Below, piece by piece: positions 1 to 12,804 of a DNA stretch of 64,000 nt. This DNA comes from Octopus bimaculoides (Eukaryota), in the NCBI RefSeq assembly GCF_001194135.2, contig NC_068993.1:12885284-12949283 (forward strand), read 5' to 3'. A program made the translations under genes and the position numbers. Every line of letters starts with the position of its first letter. Position 1 is the first letter of the stretch. The notes under the pieces are model-generated. The model was not told the origin of the DNA. It did not search any database and saw only the letters and a list, made by a program, of their open reading frames with translations.

Positions 1-329
1 CAGCGACTTTGCACTGGCTAGAAAAGCGGTTCAAATACATTAATTTTCCACCTGCGTATATTGTCTGTTCTCATTTGTTGAAATACTACTTGACAAAACA
101 TAAAGAAGAGCCAAATTTCTAATATGATATCCACAAATATCTCCAAAAGTAATTTTCTTTTCTCTCTTTTAAAACCAAAATATTAATGGTCATGAAGTAA
201 AGTATTTTAACCACAATTTTGCTTGACCAGAGTAAACCAGGGATTGAGTATCTGCGTATGAACGCACAATCAACATACGTAAAATTAAAACTTTACATGG
301 CTCAGCTCCATTCATGGCGATTTTCTGAA

Positions 330-577
330 GTTCCACCGGGCGTAGTGAGTGTCTATTGAGCGAAAACACCTAAAACTCCACGAGACTGTTTCTCTTGTAT
401 CTGTATTTTCAATAGCCAGCCTTGTCACAATCTGTGTCACGTTGAATCTCCCCGAGGACAACGTTAAGGGTGCACGTGTCTGTGGAGTGCTCAGCCACTT
501 GCAGGTTAATTTCACGAGCAGGCTGTTCCGTTGATTGGAGCAACTGAAATCCTCGTTGTCGTAACCGACAGAGTGCC
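330..577 (+). mobile_element. SINE family D copy (degenerate)
   Basis: The 3' part 'gtgtctgtggagtgctcagccacttgcaggttaatttcacgagcaggctgttccgttgat...gtaaccgacagagtgcca' recurs at about 42700-42810 and is followed by an (AT)n tail. Confidence 0.65.
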
Positions 578-579
578 AC

Positions 580-625
<46 letters not shown>

Positions 626-904
626 TCTTCGTGGTTTTTCAGTTAATGTGGGTGCAAGGTTATTAATTCCCTCTTTATATACTGATTCCTTAAAAACGTA
701 CAACAGGAAAAAGAACAAATATAAGCATCAATATCTAAAGGTGAAATATAAACACCTTGCCCTACATTATGTGAAGAGACATATACAGGCCTAATTAGTA
801 GCTCTACTACAGAGAAAAGGTTTCCAATTATTAATAATAATGTTTCAAATTTTGGCACAAAGCCAGCACGTTTGGGAGCACGGGAATTCGTCATTTATAT
901 ATCT

Positions 905-1035
905 TCAGCGTTCAAGTGGTTCTCCTTCTATCGACCCTGAAAGGATGAAATGCAAAGTCGACCTACGTTGCTCTGTGAAGTTAGATATTGTGCATGCTGT
1001 AAATCAAGCTTCTGCTTTGTATTCTGCCGACGTAT
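905..1035 (-). mobile_element. SINE family A remnant
   Basis: Contains the reverse complement of the family A core 'gactttgcatttcatcctttcagggtcgata'; the head is degraded. Confidence 0.6.
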
Positions 1036-1221
1036 CTCGGCCATCAGGACTGTGATGTTTTATCTAAATAAATACGTATGTATACACAAGGTATATATAT
1101 GTATATGTGTGTGTATGTATATATAAGTATATATATGTATGTGTATATATATATATATATATATAAATATGCGTGTGTGTGTGTGTATATGTAAGTGTAT
1201 GTATATATAAGTATATATATG

Positions 1222-1264
<43 letters not shown>

Positions 1265-2431
1265 NNNNNNNNNNNNNNNNNNNNNNNNNNNNNNNNNNNN
1301 NNNNNNNNNNNNNNNNNNNNNNNNNNNNNNNNNNNNNNNNNNNNNNNNNNNNNNNNNNNNNNNNNNNNNNNNNNNNNNNNNNNNNNNNNNNNNNNNNNNN
1401 NNNNNNNNNNNNNNNNNNNNNNNNNNNNNNNNNNNNNNNNNNNNNNNNNNNNNNNNNNNNNNNNNNNNNNNNNNNNNNNNNNNNNNNNNNNNNNNNNNNN
1501 NNNNNNNNNNNNNNNNNNTATATATATATATATATATATATATGCATATATATATGCATATATATATATGCATACATACATAGATACCTAAATGCGCATT
1601 TGCGTGTAAGTGGAGGAAGAGACGTGGAGAGAGAAAGGGAGGTAATTTGTATTGTTCTTTAGATTCCCCAGTTATATATTGAATTTACAATAATCCCTCC
1701 TCCCTCACCTCATCCGCACTCACTCACGCTCCTCCCCCTTCTCCCCCTACTATCTTCAAGTTTTGCTTTAGGATTTTTTTTTCCTATACATCCTATGACC
1801 AACCGCCTTTTTTGTTTTTTTCTTTTAATACTTATATTTCCAACATCAGCTTTATATAAAAGTTCAGCTCATTAAGGAGAAGTTAACTTTGGAACAAAGG
1901 CAGGAATTTTGTTATTATTTTTTTTTCTTCTCAGGCACTAATTATGGGGTAATTAGCAGTGAATGCTTTCTTTCTCTCTTTTTCTTTCTGCCCTTCTTTA
2001 TACGATCGCGCCATAGTCATCCTCGCACTATACTTACTGTACTATACTATATAGCAGGCACCATTTCCAAAACAGTCAGCAACACCAGACCAAATTGCAC
2101 CATATCACATCGCACCACACCGACCCCCTTCGCCCTAAAATGCCCTGGAATGCTTGATTCTGTATGAAGAACAGAACAGCATGATTATGATAATGGTGGC
2201 CGTGGTAATGACGAAAGCACGGAGGAGAGAGAGAAGGATTATAGAAGATAGTGTTAATGATGATTATGATCATGCTGATGAAAACGCTGGTTTAATTTCT
2301 AGTTTCGTGTTTCAACTAAATTAGATCCTGCTCAACAATATAACTTTACATATAAACGCTCACACGCACGCACGCACACACACAAACACACACACACACA
2401 CACACAGAGAAAAACACACAAACATATATAT

Positions 2432-2590
2432 AAGCGTGGTTGTGTGGGAAGAATTTTGCTTCCCAACAACATGGCTCCGGTTTCAGTCTCACTGTCTGGC
2501 ACCTTGGACAATTGTCTCCTGTTATAGCCTGGGATTGACCACAGCTGTATGAGAGGATTTGGTAAATGGAAACAGAAAGAAGCCCTACAT
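2432..2590 (+). mobile_element. SINE family B (tRNA head, CORE-like body)
   Basis: 'gcgtggttgtgtgggaag...ggtttcagtctcactgtctggcaccttggacaattgtc...ggatttggtaaatggaaacagaaagaagccc' matches five other copies in the window. Confidence 0.75.
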
Positions 2591-2627
2591 GTGTTGTGTG
2601 TTTTTATATATATATATATATTCAATT

Positions 2628-2770
2628 TTTTTTCTCCGTGTTTTTCTCCTTGTCTCCGTATTCTTTCTGTTGAAGAGCGTAGCTCGAAACGTCAAAGACT
2701 TTCCGTATTCCCGAGCGTCATACTAATATATACTTTTGTTATTTACACCACCTGTCCTCGTTTGTTGTTA
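2628..2770 (+). mobile_element. Penelope-like pLTR remnant with minimal hammerhead-like motif (copy 1)
   Basis: About 140 bp homologous to 18550-18705. Contains TCTTT-CTGTTGAA-GAGC gta GCTC-GAAAC-GTC-AAAGA at 2662-2698. Confidence 0.55.
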
Positions 2771-2994
2771 TTATTTGTATATTCTCCCATATATATATAT
2801 ATATATATAATGTGTGTGAGTGTGTGTGTGTGGGCTCTGATCACAAAGCGCGATGGTCAAACACATTTCAGCCGTGATTAACTTATTTAGTGTGTCCTTC
2901 TTTTTTCATGAGGTTAGGGATATTTGATTGCTATTTTTTATGAAAACATTGGCTCTCAAGTAGTGTAAACGCGGTATTTGGTGAAGCATAGAAG

Positions 2995-3027
<33 letters not shown>

Positions 3028-3771
3028 CACTAGCGTAGCTAAATTTGGTCGTCTATTTTCCAAATCACACATCCCACACACACACACACACAAAATAAAT
3101 CGATTCTATTGAAACAAGAGAGCGGAAGTGAGCTAGAGAGAGAGTCACTACGTGGTTTTCTCTCTGCTAAAAACACCTGCTATATTCTCTCAAATCCCGT
3201 TGTATTGTCTTCAAATTGGTTGATTCGTACTTTGGAAAAACGTCGCATAGGTCATCGCTGGAACGTCTTTGATCATAGATTGACTCGATCAAAACTGGTC
3301 TGGGCCTAGGCAACAAATCGATTTTGTCCTTCAACACCACCTTGGTCAATTTTCAGCCTTTATCCTTCCCCACTCCCTTCCTTAGATCGATAAAATAATT
3401 TCCAGTTGAGTGCTTGGTTCGATTCAATCAACAATACACATCTACTAATATTTGTTGGCTCATATATATATTTTTTTACCGATATGAAAAATCAATATTC
3501 ATATGATTATTTTGTCTAGACATTCGGACATTTTATTTTATTTTTTTTATTGCTTGTAAAGCAAATGAGTATCGTAGTACTTCTTGTCTAACAAGTGACT
3601 TAATATTAGACCGTGTGCTAAAACTGAAGAAATTGCTTTGAGGAAGAACCATTTTAGCATTCTAAAATCACTCCGCCAAACTGTTGAATTCACTATTAAA
3701 TAGTTATTGCGGTCTCTAAACTACAATATTCTCTGGCATTCGACGTATTATTCAGTATAAGTATTCTTTTC

Positions 3772-3964
3772 TACACTAGGCACAAATCCCGGAATTTTGG
3801 GGGAGGGGGCCAGTCGATTAGATCGACCCCAATACGCAACTGGTACTTAATTTATCGACTCCGTCAGGATGAAAGGCAAAGTCAACCTCAGAACGTAAAA
3901 ACAGACGAAATGCCGCTAAGCATTTCGCCCGCCGTGCTAACGTTTCTGCCAGCTCTTCACCTTA
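3772..3964 (-). mobile_element. SINE family A
   Basis: Reverse complement of head 'gagctggcagaaacgttagcacggcgggcgaaatgc', core 'gactttgcctttcatcc...gtcgataaattaagtaccagttgcgtattggggtcgatctaatcgac' and tail. Confidence 0.85.
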
Positions 3965-4616
3965 TTCAATATAAGCATTTTAACATTGTCAATAGCTTTC
4001 AGAATCCTGTTACATTTCACATAAATTTCTGAGTACTTTAAATTCACCTTAGTGTATATGTCGACCGACCTAATTTTGACTGTTCTTTTTAGCATGAAAA
4101 ATTCGTCTTCAGTGGCGGTAGTAGATCTATGTTAGTGACCAGGTCCCAGAGATTTGCGAAAAATCTTAACCACGTTATGACATAAATGAAAAATGAATTT
4201 GTTTTTTTATATAGATAATATAGCTTTTCCACAGTGTTTCGTAACTCAGAAAAATCGATATAAAATGAACCGAATCGTATATTATCTTACTTTCATATTT
4301 ATCGATTTCTAATGTAAAGCTACGGCGCAAATTAATTAAGGCTGTAAAATAATAATTAGAAATTTTTATACGCAATAGAGATTAAACTGCTGAAAAAAAA
4401 ACATATATAATACAGAATAGGACAAGAACGCAAAACATCCAGACAGTTAGGTGATACAAGAAAGGGACAAAACATCCAGATAGCCTATACAAAGAAAACA
4501 AGGGCAGGTCATTCGGAGTTTTCTTTCCTCAGTCGAGATCCAGATTATCCTTGCAATTTAATTTCGGCTGGTTTATATATATATAAATATATATATATAA
4601 ATATATATATATAAAT

Positions 4617-4665
<49 letters not shown>

Positions 4666-4764
4666 CACATATATATATATATACACATATATATATATAT
4701 ACACACATATATATACACACATATATATATACACATATATATATACACACATATATATATATAC

Positions 4765-4795
<31 letters not shown>

Positions 4796-5666
4796 CATAT
4801 ATATATANNNNNNNNNNNNNNNNNNNNNNNNNNNNNNNNNNNNNNNNNNNNNNNNNNNNNNNNNNNNNNNNNNNNNNNNNNNNNNNNNNNNNNNNNNNNN
4901 NNNNNNNNNNNNNNNNNNNNNNNNNNNNNNNNNNNNNNNNNNNNNNNNNNNNNNNNNNNNNNNNNNNNNNNNNNNNNNNNNNNNNNNNNNNNNNNNNNNN
5001 NNNNNNNNNNNNNNNNNNNNNNNNNNNNNNNNNNNNNNNNNNNNNNNNNNNNNNNNNNNNNNNNNNNNNNNNNNNNNNNNNNNNNNNNNNNNNNNNNNNN
5101 NNNNNNNNNNNNNNNNNNNNNNNNNNNNNNNNNNNNNNNNNNNNNNNNNNNNNNNNNNNNNNNNNNNNNNNNNNNNNNNNNNNNNNNNNNNNNNNNNNNN
5201 NNNNNNNNNNNNNNNNNNNNNNNNNNNNNNNNNNNNNNNNNNNNNNNNNNNNNNNNNNNNNNNNNNNNNNNNNNNNNNNNNNNNNNNNNNNNNNNNNNNN
5301 NNNNNNNNNNNNNNNNNNNNNNNNNNNNNNNNNNNNNNNNNNNNNNNNNNNNNNNNNNNNNNNNNNNNNNNNNNNNNNNNNNNNNNNNNNNNNNNNNNNN
5401 NNNNNNNNNNNNNNNNNNNNNNNNNNNNNNNNNNNNNNNNNNNNNNNNNNNNNNNNNNNNNNNNNNNNNNNNNNNNNNNNNNNNNNNNNNNNNNNNNNNN
5501 NNNNNNNNNNNNNNNNNNNNNNNNNNNNNNNNNNNNNNNNNNNNNNNNNNNNNNNNNNNNNNNNNNNNNNNNNNNNNNNNNNNNNNNNNNNNNNNNNNNN
5601 NNNNNNNNNNNNNNNNNNNNNNNNNNNNNNNNNNNNNNNNNNNNNNNNNNNNNNNNNNNNNNNNNN

Positions 5667-5715
<49 letters not shown>

Positions 5716-6199
5716 AAATATTTATCGAAACCGATGTTGTGTACTCACTTTCCTGAGAACATCACCTTCTACGTCAAAAAGTAGTTAATTGGTAGTTAAT
5801 GAGCAATCAAGTCGTGAGACCTTATTTCATCATTGGTATTGTGTTAGGTAAATATTTATTTACTGATTAACTTATCTATGTTCATTCGAGAGATTGGAAG
5901 GTTTCGCACTTTACAATGAGCAAAGTTTTGATCGGTAGCTAGAAATCATCGGATCATAGAGCTAGTAGCACGCCGCTCACAGAAAGTGTACATAAAGTGA
6001 GTGGACATACGCTCACCACGTTTGGTAGCTGTTACATCTATTGTTTAATAACAGTTTGGTTCGGCCCCATCCTACTTAATGTTCTTCAAGGTAAACTTAC
6101 TGAATCAGTTATCTAAACCCTGAAGAGCTGGCTTCGTTTTACGAGGCAATGAATCTTGAAGTTGCATGGTGCGTAGCAAATGGCTATTAAATAATAGCT

Positions 6200-6482
6200 A
6201 GCTAGGTAGATAGATAGATAGATAGATAAATTAAGAGAGAAAAAGATATAGATTAAGAGAGAAAGAGATAGATAGAAAGATTAAGAAATAAAGAGAGAGA
6301 GAGAGATAAATAGATTGATTAGAGAGAGAGAAATAGACAGATTGATTGATTGATTGATTAAGAGAGAAATAGATAGATAGAATGATTGATTAAGAGAGAA
6401 ATAGATAGATAGAATGATTGATTGAGAGAGAAATAAATAGATTCATTGATTAAGAGAGCGAGAGAAATAGATAGATAGATTG

Positions 6483-6523
<41 letters not shown>

Positions 6524-6560
6524 AATAGTTAGATAGATTAAGAGAGAGAAAGAGAAATAG
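6200..6560. repeat. Compound (GATA)n/(GA)n/(GATT)n low-complexity repeat
   Basis: Directly visible tetranucleotide and dinucleotide runs. Confidence 0.9.
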
Positions 6561-7476
6561 ATAGATATACACAGATACTGTGTTCCTTTGTTTCTGCTGA
6601 ACACAAACACATACAATGGATAAAATGCTGTAGTAATCATTTCAATATGGCATAAAATTAAAACGTAAAACGGACAGTGGAGACAGAACAAATTAGATGA
6701 GCGAGCTAAGACAGTAAGAAATGAAAGAAGAAAAAGCAAGAGAAGCAGAAAAAAATATAATGGCAAATTCTGAAAGAAAATAAAGACAGTTAGCAATTTA
6801 TACCGATATAGTAACATGTTGTTTTTAATATAAATTGAAATGTTTGTCTAATCTCAAGAGTGAAAGAAATATCAAAATCAGTGATAAGTACAGCGTAATC
6901 TCATGTTATGCTATCATTTTTTTCTCTTTTCCGTATGTACGTTTCTGTGTGTGTGTGTGTGTATTTGGGTGTACATATGTATTAATACACTCACACATTT
7001 ATCTGTATGTATTACACGGTCGTACAATAATTAGATATGTAAGTTTAATTTACGAGCGTATATTTTAGTAAATATGTATCGTAGTTTCGTTGTGTAAGTA
7101 AACACGTTAGTTTTCTTTTTTTTTTTTCTATCTGCAGCTTGCTAAAGAATTAGATATAACTAGTTCTCTCTATCTTCAAGAAATAAGACATTACTGACGA
7201 AGCGGTAACAAGAACTGAAACCAACGTGGTCCTGGATAGAAATTCACTAATTAATCGACGCTATTTAGCTTTTATTGCTAGTCTAAAATATATGTATCTT
7301 TTACTTGTTTCAGTTATTTGACTATGGCCATGCAGGGCACCACTTTGAAAGGATTTAGTCGAACAAATCACCCCTAGTACTTATTCTATTGGCCTCTTTT
7401 TGCCAAATCGCTAAGTCACTAGGAGGTAAACACACCAACTCTGGTTGTGAAGCTATATATATATATATATATATAT

Positions 7477-7643
7477 ACGACGGGATTCTTTCAGTTTCCG
7501 TCTATCAAATCTGCTCACAAGACTTTGATCGGCCTGAGGCTATAGTAGAAGACACTTGCCAAAGGTGTCACACAGTTGGATTGAACCTGGAACCATGTGG
7601 TTGAAAAGCGAGATTTTTAGCACACAGCCATATCTGCGCCTAT
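7477..7643 (-). mobile_element. SINE family B
   Basis: 'acgacgggattctttcagtttccgtctatcaaatc...gaagacacttgccaaaggtg...cacacagccatatctgcgcct' is the reverse complement of the family B consensus. Confidence 0.8.
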
Positions 7644-8404
7644 GTTTACTTTCATTGCGTCGAACAGTCCAGGTAGAGAAAACCAAGGTGCCTTGGCTTT
7701 GTGCCAAAGTTTGATACAAATATTAACCATTTTTAAAACCGGGTTTGCTGGCAAAATTATCAACCTGTCGGTCGAAAAGATTTTTCGGCATTCCTTCCGA
7801 TACTTACTTTATGAGTTCAAATCTCGTCAGCTTCAGCTTGGCTGTCACCCTTTTGTATCTGTAAAATAAAGTACTACGCAAGTAGTTAGGTCGATGTACT
7901 CGACTTATCCTCTCTATTTTAAAATGCTGGTCTTGTGCCAAAATTATTAATAAGAATTATCATTAATGTTGTAATTGCGGTTACTATAATTTTTTATTTA
8001 TTTTTTTAATTTAAGTATAGGTCATTAAAAACACATTACTTTCGCTAAAGTGTGAGAGAGAGTGGAGAGTTTGGTCCGAATGACTGAGCATAGACACTGT
8101 AGGAATCTTGTATATAGAAAACAGCTATGAGAAATCACTTGATTTTCGTAGAAATGGTAATCCGAGATCTGAAGGATTCCTTGATTGGTTCCAGCTGGCT
8201 GACCCCTATTGAGACGTTTCCTTCCGCTTTCTTCTGCAATGCTTCCTCGTGCCCGATTCTAAGAACACTCATCTCCCACTAAGTATTGTAACGTTTCATG
8301 TCTTTCAAATTAAAAAGTAGTAGTAGCAGTCGCTAGTTGCGGCAGGAACAATAATAACAATGGTAGTTTCTTCGTAAGCACAAGATGAGAAATCGTTCCT
8401 TTTT

Positions 8405-8600
8405 TATTGTACTTGTTTCAGTCATTACACTGCGGCCATGCTGGGGCACTACCTTGGAGATTTTTTGCAGCCAAATTAATCGACCCCTGTACTTACTGTT
8501 TTGAGCATGGTACTTATTCTATCGGACCCTTTTGCCGAACCTCTATGTTATTACAGGGATGTAAGCGCACCAGCACCGGTTGTCAAACTATGGTGGGAGA
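8405..8600 (-). mobile_element. SINE-like family C fragment
   Basis: 'ttcagtcattacactgcggccatgctggggcac' motif shared with about 7320-7390 (-), 41205-41260 (+) and 61685-61740 (-). Confidence 0.6.
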
Positions 8601-8651
8601 CACACAATATATATATATATATATAATATATATGTGTGTGTGTGTGTGTGT

Positions 8652-8812
8652 AGGCGGAGCTCCTTTCAGTTTCCGCCTACAAAATCTACTCACAAGGCTT
8701 CGGTTGCCCCGAAGCTATAGTAGAAGACACCTGCCTAAGGTGCCACGCAGTGAGACTGAACCCAGAACCATGTAGTTGAGAAGCAAGGTTCTTACCACAC
8801 AGCCACGCCTGC
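8652..8812 (-). mobile_element. SINE family B
   Basis: Reverse complement of 'cgcaggcgtggctgtgtggtaagaacc...gggttcagtctcactgcgtggcaccttaggcaggtgtcttctactatagc'. Confidence 0.85.
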
Positions 8813-9443
8813 GTTTATTTAAGCGACCTGTGAATTATATTGATTACAGCACTAGAATGGTATGTAATTTATCGACCACGGATGGATGTAAAGCAGAACT
8901 GATATCGGTGAAATTCGAATTCACAATGCAAAAAGCCAAGCATTTCATCCGATGCCTTAACTAGTCTGCTAATTCTTTGAGTTTACGCGTTTCTCCTTCT
9001 GCACGAAATCAACGTAATTTTCTGACCAGATTCAGTCTAGCTTTTTATCTTTCACTACGTCTGTCAATACACAAAAGTAATTGGATGGAACTCTCCTATC
9101 AAAAACATCTATTGTTCAATTTTCTTGGATTGAGGATTTTACAAGTATAAAGTATATTTTACCGAGTTCGATTATATCGAATTGTACATAACCTCTACTG
9201 GCATGTTTCCAAATTGAAAAAAAGAAAATATATGTAAACAAAATTTAGTTATCTTATTTATTTATTTATTATTTTTGCCATGATTTAAATTGAAACATTT
9301 AAAGAGAAAACTTGAACGAAAATACAGCAACAAAACACACAAAAAAAATACCTTGATCTACTTACAAAATAGTTTAAAGCTACCAGACATTCAGGTAGAC
9401 AACTAGGTAGTCATACTGGTTAAGAGAAGTGTATATGGGTGCG

Positions 9444-9565
<122 letters not shown>

Positions 9566-9803
9566 CACGCTCACACGTATGTGTAGACAGATTAACAAAG
9601 GAAGAAAAACCAGACAGACAACTCTAAAACCTATCATTAAATCTACAAAGACTTAACTGTAATTCTGTGTAAGGAGCGGATATTTAATCGCAGTACCGTA
9701 GTCATGAGCAGCAGATGGGTATGAACTGTATCATTTTTCCACCACAAACAATCCTGATCGTTCAATTATTATTATTATTATTGTCGTTGTTGTTGTTCTT
9801 GTT

Positions 9804-10045
9804 AAGGCGGTGAACTGGCAGAATCTTTAGCACGCCGGGCAAAATGCCTGGTGGGTATTTCGTCCGTCTTTACGTTCTGAGTTCAAAATACAGAGGTCGA
9901 CTTTACCTTTCATCCTTTCGGTGTCGATAAATTAAGTACTAGTTGCGTATTGGGATCGATGTAATCGACTGCTCCCCCTCTCCCCACAAAATTTCAGGCT
10001 CTGTGCCTATAGTAAAAAGGATTATTATTATTATTATTATTATTT
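9804..10045 (+). mobile_element. SINE family A, full length, (ATT)n tail
   Basis: Head 'aaggcggtgaactggcagaatc', B-box-like 'gagttcaaa', core 'cctttcatcctttcggtgtcgataaattaagtac', tail ending 'gcctatagtaaaaaggattattatt'. Confidence 0.9.
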
Positions 10046-10854
10046 CATAGATCAAGATATATATAGAGACAAATGTGAACGCCTTCTTCTATAAAGCCAT
10101 ATTCGTTAAATGGTTTATAAAACGCTGGAAATTAAGGAAAGCATTGAAAAACTGTATATTCATGTTGTTTTTATGTTGCTTCTGTCCCAAATCAGAACCC
10201 ACTAAGGGAGATTCTGCTGCCACATCGAGGAACTTCACTGAGTAGAGGATCACCCCTTTAGTTCGTTGTCACATTCTTTCGTACGTATATCTATGAGATA
10301 TCAATATGGCGGATCCACATCCTTGGCCCACAGAAACAATTAGACTTAACACTGTAAGCTAACAAATTACTTAGTAATTAAGACTGTGTTTTATTGATTC
10401 TTCTTACAGATTCTAATTGTTATTAGCCTGCAGAATATTTTACTTCCTTACAGTAATTAAGACCAGATAGAATTATCTTGTTGCAAGACAGACAAAACTA
10501 TTTGCTCAATCTCATAAACAATTAAAATGTAGTCTCTCGTCAGAAAAGGCTTTTCCTCGGGACTTCAATAATAATCATTCTTATGCCATACGATCATATA
10601 CAAATTTGTCAACATTATTAAATGATGGTAGTTAACGCGGGTAACCCAATTTCCAAGGATTCTGATCGAGCTAATGGTGGTGGCGGACTCTATTTTGTTG
10701 GTCTGTTTGTTAGAAATAGCAACTAATTGAATAATGACGTCCATAAATAAAAAAAGAAAATTGGGAAGGATTTTGCTTGTAAATCTGTTCTTTCAAAGAC
10801 GACTTATTGCTCAACAATAACGTTATTATTATTATTATTATAATTATTATTATT

Positions 10855-11058
10855 AAGGTGATGAGCTGGGAAGTTTATTAGCATACCATATAAAATGCTT
10901 GACGGCATTTCGTCCGTCTTTACCTTTTGAGTACAAATTCCGCACAGGTCGACTTTGCTTTTCGTGTTTTGGGAGTCGATAAAATAAATACCAGTTAAGC
11001 ACTTGGGTCGTTGTAATCGACTAGTTGCCTGCCCCTTGAGCCTGTAATAGAACAGATT
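10855..11058 (+). mobile_element. SINE family A (degenerate)
   Basis: Same head and core as 9804; it starts immediately after an (ATT)n run. Confidence 0.8.
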
Positions 11059-12739
11059 AATATCTATATATTGTGAAATAGCTGCTGCAGCCCGGGTGCT
11101 GGTGACAAATTATAGCATCAACCTTTTTGGCTTTATACATGTTTTAATGACATTACTTGTAATGTACTTTTAATATTCTTGTGCATGTAATGTAATATAA
11201 ATATTTCCAGAATACTCTAAGGAGCTTTTAAGGGAAGCAGGTTAGCTACGATCCCAAGATATTAAACGTAAATTGTTGATTGATAAATCAGAGCCCGCCC
11301 CCGTCATCGAATAGCATTGGAAAATTAGTCAAGCTTAGCTAATATTCCCCCGATGATCTGTTACTTATTTTCGATTTCTTGGTGTCTGAGTCACGTACGA
11401 AATTAAATGCATAGCATCTTAATAACACAATATTAACCCCATCGACCTTGCCGGTCTCGGAGGGCTTCCCATGGACATTGGAACAACCTTTTCATATGAA
11501 CCAAACCAATTTTTAAAATGAAGTTCTTGCTGTAGATTTGAACAGAAAAAGTATTACTTGATGGTTCGGTTCCATATCTACCAGGTATATTTTGCAGACC
11601 AAACACAGTTAGTTCACAGATATTAGCATGCCATATGACATATAATAAAACACATTTCTCTCTATTTTCTTTGATCGAGTTTGAATCATCAATATGTCTA
11701 GTTATGAATTTATCACAACACAAGAACTGTATAAATACTGCTTTCCACAAGAGATTTTCCAGTAAACTATATAAATGCTGTTTTCCACTAAATAAAACAT
11801 TACTCAAGTCACACAAATTTCTTTCCCCTTTCCAAAAACCCTTTCTCTCTCCTTATCTACGTATGTATTTTTCTCCTATTCTTATGAATGGAACATATCC
11901 GAAACGTCGATCTTTTACTTCATCTTTACAGCGTAGACCTAAAAAAAATCTCTGTATTACTTTCTTACCACATGTGCTGCACGTTGTTAAATCGAAACCG
12001 CAACCACATGCTTATGAACAAACTTCTTAACAACAGAGCTACACTTGCTTTCTAGCTACGTTCAGAATTTAAATCCCAACGTAGTTGACTTCAGCTTTCA
12101 TGCTTCTAAAAGCAAATAAAAGTAAAAGCAAGTGCAATAACCCCAAGCCTCACCTATAAATTGTTGGCCCAGTGACAATGTCAAAAACTAAGATACATTT
12201 CACTAACGCTCTCTTTTATTCCATAACCTTCTCCCATCTACCTTCAAAGAAATAACATCTATTATAAAACTTGATACAATGCATTAAATTCTGAGAGATT
12301 CGAAACATACTACATTAAATTCTATGCGGACGGGAACAAGTCGGTCTTTCAAAATTCTACCAACAGTGTTTGTTCGAGAACGACAACAAAGACCAATACT
12401 TAATGGTGGGAAGCAGAATCTAGCTGTCAGTCGCTGTCATGTTTACTTGAATCAAAGTCTAGTGTACATTTCATGTCCAAAGCCCCTACTGTCATTCATC
12501 TATGACTAGTTCAAATCGTAATTTTCATCCGTGAATCAATAGATGCCATTTAAGTAGGTGATATGTTCTTAGAATGTACTGGTCTTGCTGTCGAATCGGT
12601 TTTCTGTTGGCTCTTTGTGTAAACGTCCAAGTTTTTCTCTTTTGCTGCCTGCCTGTCTTTGCCCGTCCCCCCCCCNNNNNNNNNNNNNNNNNNNNNNNNN
12701 NNNNNNNNNNNNNNNNNNNNNNNNNNNNNNNNNNNNNNN

Positions 12740-12804
<65 letters not shown>

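Noticed and set aside
3167-3349. 60-aa minus-strand ORF with protein-like composition, near an ETS motif at 3122
   Set aside because: It starts inside a degraded SINE-A core, has no recognisable family and has weak splice signals.
4400-4545. Internally duplicated 'ggacaa...aaaacatccaga' segment with CTGAGGA on -
   Set aside because: Probably a repeat, but GAAA and the helices are missing and there is no second copy in the window to support a call.
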